From a virus (lineage: Duplodnaviria > Caudoviricetes): a DNA stretch of 28,760 nt. The DNA lies in IMG/VR virus record IMGVR_UViG_3300016265_000433, positions 1 to 28,760 of that record, one strand, 5' to 3'. The position numbers and the translations under genes were made by a program. This document shows positions 8,420 to 17,874 of this stretch, piece after piece. The notes under the pieces are model-generated. The model was given only the letters and a program-made list of their open reading frames with translations. It did not search any database and was not told the DNA's origin. Numbering within the stretch: the first letter of the stretch is position 1; the number at the start of each line of letters is the position of its first letter.

Positions 8420-9391
8420 TCAGTCGCCAAAGACCAAGACATTAACCTTGTTAGCCTCGTCACCACCGCCAAAAATCATCTTGACGATTACGTAGTCAAC
8501 TTCTTGGGTCGTGATGCTAGGGATTGATCCTCCATTAGAAGGACCGCCGCACACCGCGACATAGTTCGCATTCGGCTGGTTAGAGGAAAAATTCACCCGA
8601 TATTCGCCCTGACCAGTTCTGGTAACGCTCGTCACATTGTACGAATTATTTACGGTGACGGCGTAGGGCGAAGATTGGGCCACCGTAAACCTCACCCAGG
8701 CCTTCGCCAGGGCATTAGACGACGCCGGGTTCAGACTGACGCCGTTGACGTATAGATCTTGGACGTTAAGGCTTCCGGCTGCCTGGAAGCCTCCAGTTGG
8801 AGCCCCGATCGTAAACGCGCCACTGGCGTTCGCCGAAAGGAGGTTTGACCAGGATGCGCCGTCAAATCGGTCGAGGTCGAAGCCATTGTCGGCACCGGCA
8901 TCCACGTCCGCGAGGAAGCGATAGCCCTTATTGCCGCCGGCATTCATCAATTGGATAGACGGGTCAGCCGTCTTCCGCATGTAGATGTCTTCGTTGAAGG
9001 TGACGTTGGCCCCAAAGGTTGGGGTTCCGGTCGCCGTGCCGGTAAAGGCCGGGCTGTTCAGCGTCTTGTTCGAGAGGGTCTGGGTCGCCGACAGGACGAC
9101 CAAAGTGTCAGAAGCGTCGGGGAACGTGAACGTCCGCGTGGTGCCGCTCGAGATCGAAGCCGAGTTGAACGTGGCGATCTTCGTGGCGTCGCTCTGATCC
9201 TTCAGGTTTGTAAGACCAGCGGTCGCGCTCAGTGTATTGCCGACCGTATTGACGCCGACGTTGGTGCCGTTCCCGGCAAACGCGAAAATGGCGTCGAACG
9301 CATCCAGGGCATCGTTGAGGATGTTGCCCCACTGGTTATTGTCGCCGTTTACGTTCGGCAGCGGGATCTGGAGATTGGGTGTGTTGGGCAT
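8420..9391 (-). CDS. Secondary tail fibre / receptor-binding protein
   Basis: 323 aa. N-terminal anchor TPNLQIPLP..WGNILNDALDAFD, shaft TQTLSNKTL, C-terminal head AKAWVRF..SYNVTSVTRTGQGEYRVNF..NANY. Confidence 0.75.
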   Translation of the reverse strand: MPNTPNLQIPLPNVNGDNNQWGNILNDALDAFDAIFAFAGNGTNVGVNTVGNTLSATAGLTNLKDQSDATKIATFNSASISSGTTRTFTFPDASDTLVVLSATQTLSNKTLNSPAFTGTATGTPTFGANVTFNEDIYMRKTADPSIQLMNAGGNKGYRFLADVDAGADNGFDLDRFDGASWSNLLSANASGAFTIGAPTGGFQAAGSLNVQDLYVNGVSLNPASSNALAKAWVRFTVAQSSPYAVTVNNSYNVTSVTRTGQGEYRVNFSSNQPNANYVAVCGGPSNGGSIPSITTQEVDYVIVKMIFGGGDEANKVNVLVFGD

Positions 9392-9461
9392 TAGATGACC
9401 CCGTTTTTACATGGGCAGTCCCGCTAAGGGACAATACCACCAAGGTTTTTCATGCGCGATA

Positions 9462-10250
9462 TTAAACTGCCGGAAGTATCGTCCCGGTGTTCGTGATCGT
9501 TGCGTTCGCCGAATTTTGGATGCTGGCACCAGCATTACCGCCCGCCGCACCATTTCGCGTGGTGAAAAGAGTTCCGTTTGCACCAGCCGAGCCATTAACG
9601 CCAGGATTGCCGCCGTTGCCGCCAGCCACGCCCTGGGTGCCCCCAAGACCGCCCGCGCTGACCGTGCCCGCCGCTCCGGCCACGCCGTTCGTCTTACTGG
9701 CGCTGTAGTTCGCCGTTCCTCTCGCGCCGCCCGCACCACCCACGGGGCTGCCAGAAGTTGCACCACCGCCACCGCCACCGCCGCCAGAGCCAGCGACCGA
9801 GGTCTGCGGGATGCCCGTGTTGTAATATGCGCCGCCACCGCCGCCGCCACCGCCGCCGCCGTAGATCGACCCGGTGTTGATGAGCGTACAAGCCACCGCA
9901 GTGTTGAGGCCGGGGCCACCGACCGAGCCCGCCGTGGGAGCATTAAAGCTAGGCGTGGCCGTGACGCTCGCGCCGTTACCGCCCGCGCCACCCTTGCCGG
10001 TGATGGTGCCGTTGTTTTCAATCGTCAAGCCGCCCGGAAACGCCGTCGAGTCGGTCGTCATTGCCGGAGAAGCCGTTGTGGTTGCGCCGATCACAACGCC
10101 GGAATTGATCACAACCTTCAACGCGCTAACGGTATTCCAGCCAGCCGCCACTGCGTCGGTCCGAATGTTTACATTCGACGCATCGGCGGCATAAGTCAGC
10201 GTAAATACGCGGTTTCCAGAGGAAAGAAGGGATTGTCCGGGAGTAGGCAT
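9462..10250 (-). CDS. Glycine-rich adhesin similar to T2/T6-type gp38
   Basis: Start is probably the ATG at 10250 (TGATG overlap). VVINSGVVIG..LTIENNGTITGKGGAGGNG..GGPGL..INTGSIYGGGGGGGG..GGNAGA polyglycine motifs. Directly follows the long fibre gene. Confidence 0.7.
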   Translation of the reverse strand: MPTPGQSLLSSGNRVFTLTYAADASNVNIRTDAVAAGWNTVSALKVVINSGVVIGATTTASPAMTTDSTAFPGGLTIENNGTITGKGGAGGNGASVTATPSFNAPTAGSVGGPGLNTAVACTLINTGSIYGGGGGGGGGGAYYNTGIPQTSVAGSGGGGGGGGATSGSPVGGAGGARGTANYSASKTNGVAGAAGTVSAGGLGGTQGVAGGNGGNPGVNGSAGANGTLFTTRNGAAGGNAGASIQNSANATITNTGTILPAV

Positions 10251-13200
10251 CAGGTGTTCGCCCAAGCGGCAGCGTTCAGTCGGACGGCGTACCACACCGT
10301 TCCGCCGTTCGTCGTCGTCAGCGTATAGATGGTAGTCGCGGAGGCCGTAGAAACCGGGTCGAGATTGGTCGCTCGGTTGCCGCCCTCACAGTAAACGCTC
10401 GACGGCCAAGTGATGTTTCGGCCACCCGTGCCATCCTGGGTAACGAACAGCACCAGGGTCGTCGCATCGCTATTCGCCGGGGCGTTCGAGATCGTCACCG
10501 TCGTGATGTTGCCCGTCAGCGTCGTCGTGTGAACGTCGGAAAGCGAGCAGTCGATCGTCAGGGTGCCCGAAGCATTGCCGATGGCGTTGATGCCGTTTCG
10601 GAAACTCGAGGACTTGGTGACGCCGGAGACGAGAACCTGGTAGCCCGTGGCCGGGACGACGCCGAAGCCCGTCAGGCCGTTGAAGTAGTTTTGCGCCGTG
10701 CCGTTCGAGTAGAAATTCCAACGGTTCGCCCCCGAGGCGATGTTGGAATAGAAGCCATAATTGTTGGTCGCGCCAGTAAGGGTGCTGCTGGCAACGAAGC
10801 CATATTGATTGGTGACCGTGGAGCCAGCGCCAATCGTGCCCTGGGAGGCCGTAAACCCGACGATGCTACCCAGCGTGAACGAGGCCGCAGCCGTGCTGGG
10901 GTTCGCGACATAGCCGATGTACTGGGAGGTGACATCGGATGCGATGGTCGGATTGACCCGGATCGACCGAACCGATGTCGCGCCCGTGGCAGAGCCGGTG
11001 ACATCGAGGCTCACCTGGCCGGTCGTCATCGCATTGATGGTGACCGCATCGCCGAAGGTCGAGGTCGAGGTGACGGCCAGGGTGGAAGACGCCGACAGGG
11101 TCGTGAACGCGCCAGACGCCGGGGTCGTGCCGCCAATTGCCGACGAATTGATTGTCGAGGACGTGATTGTTTTGTTCGACAGGGCTTCGGACCCGGACAG
11201 CGTGGCGAGCGTCCCGGTCGTCGGCAGAGTGACGTTCGTGGATCCGGTGACAGTCAGGGTCGTGGCAAAAGCGCCCGAGGTGGTGAAATTGCCGCCCAGG
11301 GTGATCGTGCTCGAGCCGTTATTGACGCCCGTGCCGCCATTGGCGCTGGGCAGGACGCCAGAGACGTGCGTCGCCAGACCCACCTTGCCGTAAGCCGGGG
11401 CAACGCCGACGCCGCCGGAGAGCAGGACATTGCCCGTCGCCACGTCGGCGAGGCTGGCGAGGGTCGTCGAACCCGAGGCGTAGACAATATCGCCGACCGT
11501 GTACGAGGTAAGGCCGGTGCCGCCGTTGCCGACCGACAGGGTGCCCCCAAGCGTAACCGCGCCCGTAGTTGTCGTATTGGGCGTAAGGCCCGTAGAACCC
11601 GCCGAGAAGGACGTGACGCCAGCGTTGGCGATCGAAATCGAGCCCGAGCCGTTCGTGATTGTGATGCCCGTGCCCTGGGTCAGGGTCGAAAGGACATACG
11701 ACGAGCCATTGCCAATAAGAAGCTGGCCGGCGGTGGGCGCAGTAGTCAGGCCCGTGCCGCCATTGCCGATCGCGAGCGTCCCGGAGACATGGGTCGTGAG
11801 CCCGATCTTGCCCCACGAAGGCGCAATGCCGACGCCGCCCGAGATCAGAGCATTGCCCGTGGCGACATCCGGCAGGCTCGCCAGCGTCGTGGCCCCGGAG
11901 GCGTAGACGAGGTCACCCGTCGTGTACGACGTGAGCCCGGTGCCGCCGTTGCCAACGGGAAGGGTGCCGGTAACGCTTGAGGAAAGGCTGACCAGCGACC
12001 ACGTCGGGGCCGCCGACGCGCCGCCCGAGGTCAGGACGTAACCGGAAGTGCCGTAAGTAGCGCCACCGATGCCAAGCTGCCCGGCGGGGCCGAAGCGCCA
12101 CCGCTCGACCGCAGACGTAGTTCCGGTCGCCGCCAGGAGAATTGAGGCGTAAGTGCCCTGGTCGGTGTCGGTAAAATTCTCGGCGGCATGGAAGGCGAGG
12201 ATGCCGGTCGAAGATCCGGCAAAACCCGTCGCGCCGTAGCCGCGCCCCGTAAACTGCGAAAGATCATCGTCGGCCTGGCTGGCCGTGGGCGATGCCGACG
12301 TGCCTCGAGACGACCGGCCCGTGTACGCCGGGTAATTGCCCGTGCCGAAGGCGTCCTGCGTGATGCGGGTATTGGCCGCGTCCGCGCCGACGACGTAAAG
12401 GTCGGTGCCCGCAGGGAGCGAACCGGAAGGAAGGCTCGTCTGGGTCGGCGAAACGACCACAAGGCGCGTGTTCGGCGCGGCGGTGCCAAGGCCAAGATAG
12501 TTGTTCGTGTCGTCGTAGAAGAAGTTGGCGTTGTCCTGCGAGTACGTGCCCGAGGCACCCGCGAAGACAACCGAGCCCGCCGTAAATGCCGTGGCCGTGC
12601 CCGTGCCGCCGTTCGCGACGGGTAGGGTGCCGCTGACATGGGTGGTGAGGCCAACCTTCCCATAAGAAGGGGCAACGCCGACCCCGCCCGAGAGAAGCAC
12701 GTTGCCCGTCGCCACGTCCGACAAGGCGGAAAGCGCAGACGCGCCCGAGGCGTAAAGGATGTCGCCGATCGTATAAGTAGTGATGCCCGTGCCGCCGAAG
12801 GGCACCGTCACCGTCCCCAGGCTGATCGTGTTGCCGGCCTTGGACAGCGGGGCGTTGACCTGGATGTTGCCCGAGGACGAGATCTGCGCCCAGACGAGCG
12901 ACGTGGAGCCGACCGTGATCGTGCCGGTCGTGTTCATCACCCAAGAGGTCGCGCCGTTCGTCGTGCCCCCGGAGACGTAAACCGCCGCGCCGGTCTGGAT
13001 GTAGTCAGGCCCCGTGCCCGTTTCGTCAAAATCGGTTGCACGGGTCAGGATCCAGTTGGTCGAGCCCGAACCGACATCGGTGACCGTGTAGATGCCGTTT
13101 TGGAAAGCCGACGCCTGGTCCTTGATCAGGACGCGCTGGCCGACCGTGGGGTTGGTGATATCGAGGGCGAAAGTCGCCTGCGCCCCGGCATTCGTAAGGG

Positions 13201-14677
13201 TAGCGCCGACGCCGCCCGTGCCGTTGCTGTAGGTGACCGTCAGCGCCCCGGTCGAAGCCGCGACGACCGCCGTGTGATAGGTCGTGTTCGCGACCGTCGA
13301 GACGGTGTTATCGACATATTGCTTGGTCGAAAGCTGGAGGGCGGCAGTCGGATCCTGGGTAACCGTAACCGTCGTCAGGCCGGCCAGGGTCGCGGTCGAA
13401 GCGCCCAGGCTGATCGAGGTCGAGCCGATCGTGACACTGCTATTGGTCAGGCCCGCGTTCGGGATCGTCGCGACAGCCGTGAACGCGCCCGTGCCGTTGC
13501 CGACCAGATAGCCGGTAAGCGTCACCGCGCCAGTGCCGCCGCTGGCGACCGGCAGGGTGCCCGAAACGTGGGTCGTCAGGCCGATCTTGCCCCAGGCCGG
13601 AGCCACGCCCACGCCGCCCGAAATGAGCGCGTTGCCGGTCGCCACGTCATTAAGGCGGGCCAGACTGTTCGAGCCGGAGGCGTAAAGAAGATCGCCGGTC
13701 GTGTAAGAACCGAAGCCCGTGCCGCCCTGGGGGGCAGACAGAGGGTTCGTAAGACCCGACAGGCTGGTGATGTCGCTGTTCGCGCCCGAGGCCGCCGCGC
13801 CGAGGTTCGTCCGGGCAGTGCCCGCATCCGTAGCGCCCGTGCCGCCCTTATTGACCGCGATGGCCGTGCCGCTCCAGACGCCAGACGTAACGGTGCCGAC
13901 CGTCGAATTGCCCGAGACAGACAGGTTGGTGGCGCTAAGGGTCGTAAAATAGCCAAGAGACGGCGTCGAAGCGCCGATCATGCTGTTGTCGATAGTCGGG
14001 CCGGTAATGACGCCGCCCGTGATATTCACGTTGCTGGCATTCTGGGTCGCCATCGTGCCCAGACCGGTGACCTGGCCGGTCGAGATCTGGATCGAAACGT
14101 CGCTGGCCGCGCTAAGCTGACCGGACGCCAGGACCGTAAACTGAGGAACCGCAGAGGCCGAACCGTAGGTTCCAGCAACAACGCCGGTTGGCGTCAGGCC
14201 GCTCGGGCCGATGGCGGGATCCTGCCAGGTCGGGACCGTTCCCACGCCATTGGCCGTGAGGATCTGGCCGACAGTGCCGATCGACAGGGGCGACCAGCCC
14301 GCCGTGTCGCGATAGAGGATCTGGCCCTTCGTCGAGCCAATGACATCGAGAACCTGGCTGACCGTGGCGTCCGAGGGGCTTGCCGGGGAGCCGGTAACGT
14401 TAGCCTTTACGGTGCCGCCGGCCATCGACGCCAGGTAGGTGTTGGTCACCCCCGCCGTCTCGAGGCTGATCGTGCCCGTCGTCGTGATCGTGCCGCCAGA
14501 GATCGGCGAGGCCGTGGCGATCGAGGTGACGCCCGGGGCCGGGTACTGGCTCTGGGAATACTGGGCAATCTGGTCGGTCGTGATCCTTACCGACGTGCCG
14601 GCCTGTACGGCCTCGAGTTCCTCGTCGCCATTAAGCGAAATGCCGACCGGAAGATTAGGGATCTGCACATTCGCCAT
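10250..14677 (-). CDS. Long tail fibre protein
   Basis: 1475 aa, T/G/S-rich. Repeated GTL-x-V-x-x-GGTG units, collar-like GQRVLIKDQ..QNGIY..LTRATDFD, and C-terminal QDGTGGRNITWP domain. Confidence 0.85.
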   Translation of the reverse strand: MANVQIPNLPVGISLNGDEELEAVQAGTSVRITTDQIAQYSQSQYPAPGVTSIATASPISGGTITTTGTISLETAGVTNTYLASMAGGTVKANVTGSPASPSDATVSQVLDVIGSTKGQILYRDTAGWSPLSIGTVGQILTANGVGTVPTWQDPAIGPSGLTPTGVVAGTYGSASAVPQFTVLASGQLSAASDVSIQISTGQVTGLGTMATQNASNVNITGGVITGPTIDNSMIGASTPSLGYFTTLSATNLSVSGNSTVGTVTSGVWSGTAIAVNKGGTGATDAGTARTNLGAAASGANSDITSLSGLTNPLSAPQGGTGFGSYTTGDLLYASGSNSLARLNDVATGNALISGGVGVAPAWGKIGLTTHVSGTLPVASGGTGAVTLTGYLVGNGTGAFTAVATIPNAGLTNSSVTIGSTSISLGASTATLAGLTTVTVTQDPTAALQLSTKQYVDNTVSTVANTTYHTAVVAASTGALTVTYSNGTGGVGATLTNAGAQATFALDITNPTVGQRVLIKDQASAFQNGIYTVTDVGSGSTNWILTRATDFDETGTGPDYIQTGAAVYVSGGTTNGATSWVMNTTGTITVGSTSLVWAQISSSGNIQVNAPLSKAGNTISLGTVTVPFGGTGITTYTIGDILYASGASALSALSDVATGNVLLSGGVGVAPSYGKVGLTTHVSGTLPVANGGTGTATAFTAGSVVFAGASGTYSQDNANFFYDDTNNYLGLGTAAPNTRLVVVSPTQTSLPSGSLPAGTDLYVVGADAANTRITQDAFGTGNYPAYTGRSSRGTSASPTASQADDDLSQFTGRGYGATGFAGSSTGILAFHAAENFTDTDQGTYASILLAATGTTSAVERWRFGPAGQLGIGGATYGTSGYVLTSGGASAAPTWSLVSLSSSVTGTLPVGNGGTGLTSYTTGDLVYASGATTLASLPDVATGNALISGGVGIAPSWGKIGLTTHVSGTLAIGNGGTGLTTAPTAGQLLIGNGSSYVLSTLTQGTGITITNGSGSISIANAGVTSFSAGSTGLTPNTTTTGAVTLGGTLSVGNGGTGLTSYTVGDIVYASGSTTLASLADVATGNVLLSGGVGVAPAYGKVGLATHVSGVLPSANGGTGVNNGSSTITLGGNFTTSGAFATTLTVTGSTNVTLPTTGTLATLSGSEALSNKTITSSTINSSAIGGTTPASGAFTTLSASSTLAVTSTSTFGDAVTINAMTTGQVSLDVTGSATGATSVRSIRVNPTIASDVTSQYIGYVANPSTAAASFTLGSIVGFTASQGTIGAGSTVTNQYGFVASSTLTGATNNYGFYSNIASGANRWNFYSNGTAQNYFNGLTGFGVVPATGYQVLVSGVTKSSSFRNGINAIGNASGTLTIDCSLSDVHTTTLTGNITTVTISNAPANSDATTLVLFVTQDGTGGRNITWPSSVYCEGGNRATNLDPVSTASATTIYTLTTTNGGTVWYAVRLNAAAWANT
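11328..13705 (-). repeat. Four dispersed near-identical ~58-aa (~175-bp) repeats inside the tail fibre
   Basis: YTxGD(L/I)(L/V)YASG..L.DVATGN(A/V)L(I/L)SGGVG(V/I)AP.(W/Y)GK(I/V)GL.THVSG.L...GGTG at about 13530-13705, 12600-12775, 11750-11926 and 11328-11503. Confidence 0.9.
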
Positions 14678-15396
14678 CAGAGCGGCCCCGTCCTAGGAAC
14701 TTCGGTGTAATTGTACGGCAAGCTGGGGTTGTTGACCACATATCCGCCAGACGTGTAGGCCCCGGCGAAAACGCTATTCTGGAGGTCAATTTCGGTCGTG
14801 CTGATGACCGTAAGCCTCCAGTTGCCATTTACCCCGGTGACGCCGCCAACCTCACCGACAGTAATATATTGATCCGTGATCAGGCCATTGGTCGTGGCGA
14901 CCGTAAGCCTGACAAGGCCCGATCCGTTGTCCACGGCATTCGTGACCGTGCGGAAGGTGACCGCGTTCGGGTCGGTGCCGGGAAGCTGATTGAGGCTGGG
15001 CGTCGGCGCTCCAGTTGCCTGGGTCGTGCGCGTGTCGTCGTCCTGGGTGATGCGCGTATCGCCCTGGGGGATCGGGAGGCCGGTCAGCGCGTCGGTCGTA
15101 GACGGCTGGCTGGTCTGCCTCGAGGTCGTGCTGTACGACGCGAAATACTCGATGCGCGGGTTGAGGATCGGCACCGGATCCGCCGGAACGACGATCGACC
15201 GAAGCTGTTCCTGGGGGTTGTCCAGGCAAGATGGGCACACAAGAATGCCCCGGTTGATCAGGCTCGCGCCCGCCCAGTCGTACTGCCAGGACAGATCGTC
15301 GTGGTTATATCGGAAGCCGCAGCGGTCACAAATGCCATGCGCCTGGGGGCTGGTGGCGTTTGTCCGAGCGCGACCGGATCGAGAGGCGTAGGCCAT
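14677..15396 (-). CDS. Virion-associated protein with N-terminal CxxC..CxxC zinc-finger-like motif and C-terminal beta-domain
   Basis: ICDRCGFRY..LVCPSCLDNPQEQL..DPVPILNPR. The C-terminal module ends AYTSGG and resembles the nozzle repeats. Confidence 0.7.
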   Translation of the reverse strand: MAYASRSGRARTNATSPQAHGICDRCGFRYNHDDLSWQYDWAGASLINRGILVCPSCLDNPQEQLRSIVVPADPVPILNPRIEYFASYSTTSRQTSQPSTTDALTGLPIPQGDTRITQDDDTRTTQATGAPTPSLNQLPGTDPNAVTFRTVTNAVDNGSGLVRLTVATTNGLITDQYITVGEVGGVTGVNGNWRLTVISTTEIDLQNSVFAGAYTSGGYVVNNPSLPYNYTEVPRTGPL

Positions 15397-15407
15397 AGGT
15401 CACCTCT

Positions 15408-16103
15408 CTAAGGTCGGTAATAGCCGACAACCTGTGGGGAAATGTAGGTGTTGGCCGTTTCGATATTCTGGTTTGCCGCGATCTGGTAGCTTTCGTCCGC
15501 CACGCCCTTCAGCGCGGGGGCGACCGCCGGGTTCCAGATCTTGGCGAGGCGGTAGGCCAGGCCATCCGCGAACGCTTCCATCCAAAGGTACGGAATATCG
15601 ACCGTCTCGTTATTCGGGAGGTTGGCGTCCTCGATCCTGCGGAGGCGATAATAGCGCAGATACTGGGCGGTCACGCCGTCCGGGACGGGCCACAGGTAAA
15701 CCTTCGGCTCGAGCAGGCGGTCGAACCAGAACGTGGTCGTAAAGCCCTGTTGGTCCTTGTTCGGATATGCGGCGTATTCCGAGCGGCCAATCGGAAGGAT
15801 CACGCGGTCGATCGGCTGGGCCTGGCCCTCGGTGATCCGGATGTAGGCGTCAAGCATGACGACCGTCGCCGGATCTACGTCATAGACCGACTGGCCGGCA
15901 ACCAGAGGCTCCTCAACTAGGTCCACCTTCCAGAGGTTCACGCCCTGGTTCGACCAGGACGCGCACATCAGGTTCGCGGCCATACGGGCCGACTGGAAAT
16001 GCTCCTGGACCAGCGACGTGTTCCGCAGCCCGGCGACGTTGAACGCATAGAGCGTCAGTTCGCCGAGGCTCGGATTGAAAGCGTAGGTGCCGCTGGAGGT
16101 CAT
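15408..16103 (-). CDS. Head-tail adaptor / connector ring protein
   Basis: MTSSGTYAFNP..SARMAANL..WSNQGVNLW..LVAGQSVY..RSEY..PNK..LWPVPD..DIPYLWMEAFADGLAYRLA. Confidence 0.65.
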   Translation of the reverse strand: MTSSGTYAFNPSLGELTLYAFNVAGLRNTSLVQEHFQSARMAANLMCASWSNQGVNLWKVDLVEEPLVAGQSVYDVDPATVVMLDAYIRITEGQAQPIDRVILPIGRSEYAAYPNKDQQGFTTTFWFDRLLEPKVYLWPVPDGVTAQYLRYYRLRRIEDANLPNNETVDIPYLWMEAFADGLAYRLAKIWNPAVAPALKGVADESYQIAANQNIETANTYISPQVVGYYRP

Positions 16104-16112
16104 TGGGTCACC

Positions 16113-16583
16113 TTAAGCGCACTGGAAGATCGAAATGACGATGGAGGGGCAAGCCGGGATCGAGGGCGTCCCGCCAGCCGCCGTGGCGAGGATCTGAACC
16201 TGATTTGTCTCGCCCGCCATCCAAAGTTCGTAGTAATCGCCATCCGCAGCCACCGGCAGCACGAAAGACGCCGCGTTCACCTGCGGATTGCCGCTGGCAC
16301 AGGCGATGGTCGTCGTGCTGTTGGCGACGGGGTTGCCGTTGTACTTCAGGAAAATCGACAGGTCTTTGTTCGACCCGGTCGCGGCATGGCCGATGGCGGA
16401 ATAGGTCAGATAATAGTCGCCTTTCTGCCGAAAGGTGATCTTCGTGTTGTCCACGACCGAAATGCCCTTGCCCGTGACCGTCGTATTCAGCGTGATCGCC
16501 TGAGCCTGAGTAGCATCAGCAATCGTCTGGGTCGTCGTGTCGAGGATCGTGGCGTTGGGGCCGGGATTGACGTGATAGCTCAT
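16113..16583 (-). CDS. Beta-sandwich (C1q/BclA C-terminal-like) minor virion protein
   Basis: ITLNTT..GISV..KITF..GDYYLTYS..IFLKYNGNPVANS..GDYYELW..PSIVISI. Confidence 0.6.
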   Translation of the reverse strand: MSYHVNPGPNATILDTTTQTIADATQAQAITLNTTVTGKGISVVDNTKITFRQKGDYYLTYSAIGHAATGSNKDLSIFLKYNGNPVANSTTTIACASGNPQVNAASFVLPVAADGDYYELWMAGETNQVQILATAAGGTPSIPACPSIVISIFQCA

Positions 16584-17047
16584 CAGATCACCTTCCAGTT
16601 CGACCCGTCAGAGACGACCGTAATGGCTTCGTACTGAACGGCAAGGAGATAGTTCGAGCGGCCATCAATCGTCTGTGCCGAAGTTGTCGCGATCGTCAGG
16701 ACGCCCGTGCCGCTGTTCTTGATGACGTAAAGCTTACCTTCGCGACCGACCGCCGTGGGCAGCGTAACCGTAAACGTGTTCGCCGTGGCATCGACGATGT
16801 AATCGTCCGCCAGGATGGCGTAGGTCGCCGTTACGCCGACGTAGTTCACCAGGCCAGGCCCGCTGATGCGGTTGACCGTGACGATGCCCGTGGCCGTGTC
16901 GATCGTGGCATCACCCGAGGCGGCAAAGCCGCCGAACGCGCCGTTATCGTTGAACTGGATGCTGCCGTTGCCGCCCCCCGGGTTGTTCGTAATCGAACCG
17001 CCCGTGGCAGGGACATACGAAAGACCCGAGGGATTAGCGAGGGGCAT
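16583..17047 (-). CDS. Short fibre-like minor virion protein
   Basis: PGGGNGSIQFNDNGAFGG, then VDATANTFTVTLPTA..GKLYVIK..QTIDG..SDGSNW, a typical fibre-tip domain. Confidence 0.65.
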   Translation of the reverse strand: MPLANPSGLSYVPATGGSITNNPGGGNGSIQFNDNGAFGGFAASGDATIDTATGIVTVNRISGPGLVNYVGVTATYAILADDYIVDATANTFTVTLPTAVGREGKLYVIKNSGTGVLTIATTSAQTIDGRSNYLLAVQYEAITVVSDGSNWKVI

Positions 17048-17691
17048 CAGGACGCTCCGTGCTGGGTGAACGTCGCCGTCACCGTGCCGTCGCCGCTATT
17101 CAGGAGGATGCGGAGGAAGGCCGGGGCGAAGAAGTAGTTGGTCTGGAGTGAAGCCGACGCGCCCACCGCAAGGGTGTCGTTCGTGTCGATCCACACGCAA
17201 TCCGCCGGGGCCACCGGGTTCGTCGCGCTATTCGGATCGTCGAGCGACGACTGGACCGTGAAATCGACCGTGCCGGAACTGTTGCACTGGATCGAGACGT
17301 AGGTCGGAGCCCAGTCATCCATCCGCGCCCAGGCCGACGAGGCGATGTCGTTCGTGCCGATCTCGACAGCGCCCGCAGCGGTCGCGCTGATCGTGATCGA
17401 GGTCACCGTCTTGAAGTCCAGGGACGTGTAAGCCGTCGAGGCGTTCGGGCCAGCGATCGTCTCGGAAATGGCCGCGCCAGCCCAGGTCGTGCCGGTGATC
17501 GTGAACGTCTTGGCACTCTCGTTGCCGGCAGCCGTGATCAGGACGCGGCGGGGATGATCGAGGACCGCGACACCATCGACGACCGTCGCGCCGTCGAGCG
17601 TCAGCGGGCCAGCCGAGGGCGTCTGGGACAGGCAGATGGCGTCGGCGCTGGCCGTGTCCAGGGGGCCGACAGTGACAGTAATCGGGCGCAT
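17047..17691 (-). CDS. Hypothetical structural protein (beta-rich)
   Basis: 214 aa, T/A-rich, translationally coupled at both ends, located in the head-tail gene block. Confidence 0.65.
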   Translation of the reverse strand: MRPITVTVGPLDTASADAICLSQTPSAGPLTLDGATVVDGVAVLDHPRRVLITAAGNESAKTFTITGTTWAGAAISETIAGPNASTAYTSLDFKTVTSITISATAAGAVEIGTNDIASSAWARMDDWAPTYVSIQCNSSGTVDFTVQSSLDDPNSATNPVAPADCVWIDTNDTLAVGASASLQTNYFFAPAFLRILLNSGDGTVTATFTQHGAS

Positions 17692-17873
17692 CAGGACTTC
17701 CCTTTCCGCGTATGGCCGGCGCGGGCGGCGGCGACGTTGTCAACGAGGTTAGGATACGGTCTGCCCGAGGCACGGGCGCGAGCCTTCGCGACCTTCACGC
17801 CCTTCGTCGAGAGGTGCTTCTCGACCGCATCCTTCGGAGCCGAACGCTCCCAAAATTCTTTCTTCTTCGTCAT
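17691..17873 (-). CDS. Small basic hypothetical protein
   Basis: 60 aa. AKARARASGRPYPNLVDN; tightly packed between neighbouring genes. Confidence 0.65.
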   Translation of the reverse strand: MTKKKEFWERSAPKDAVEKHLSTKGVKVAKARARASGRPYPNLVDNVAAARAGHTRKGKS

Positions 17874-17874
17874 G

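Noticed and set aside
9462-10250. (GCC)n-like runs as a microsatellite or PE-PGRS-like gene
   Set aside because: They encode the polyglycine motifs of a gp38-like adhesin.
2895-10295. Track start positions 3515, 8472 and 10295
   Set aside because: They overlap upstream genes extensively. Downstream ATGs at 3278, 8406 and 10250 have TGATG coupling or a good RBS.
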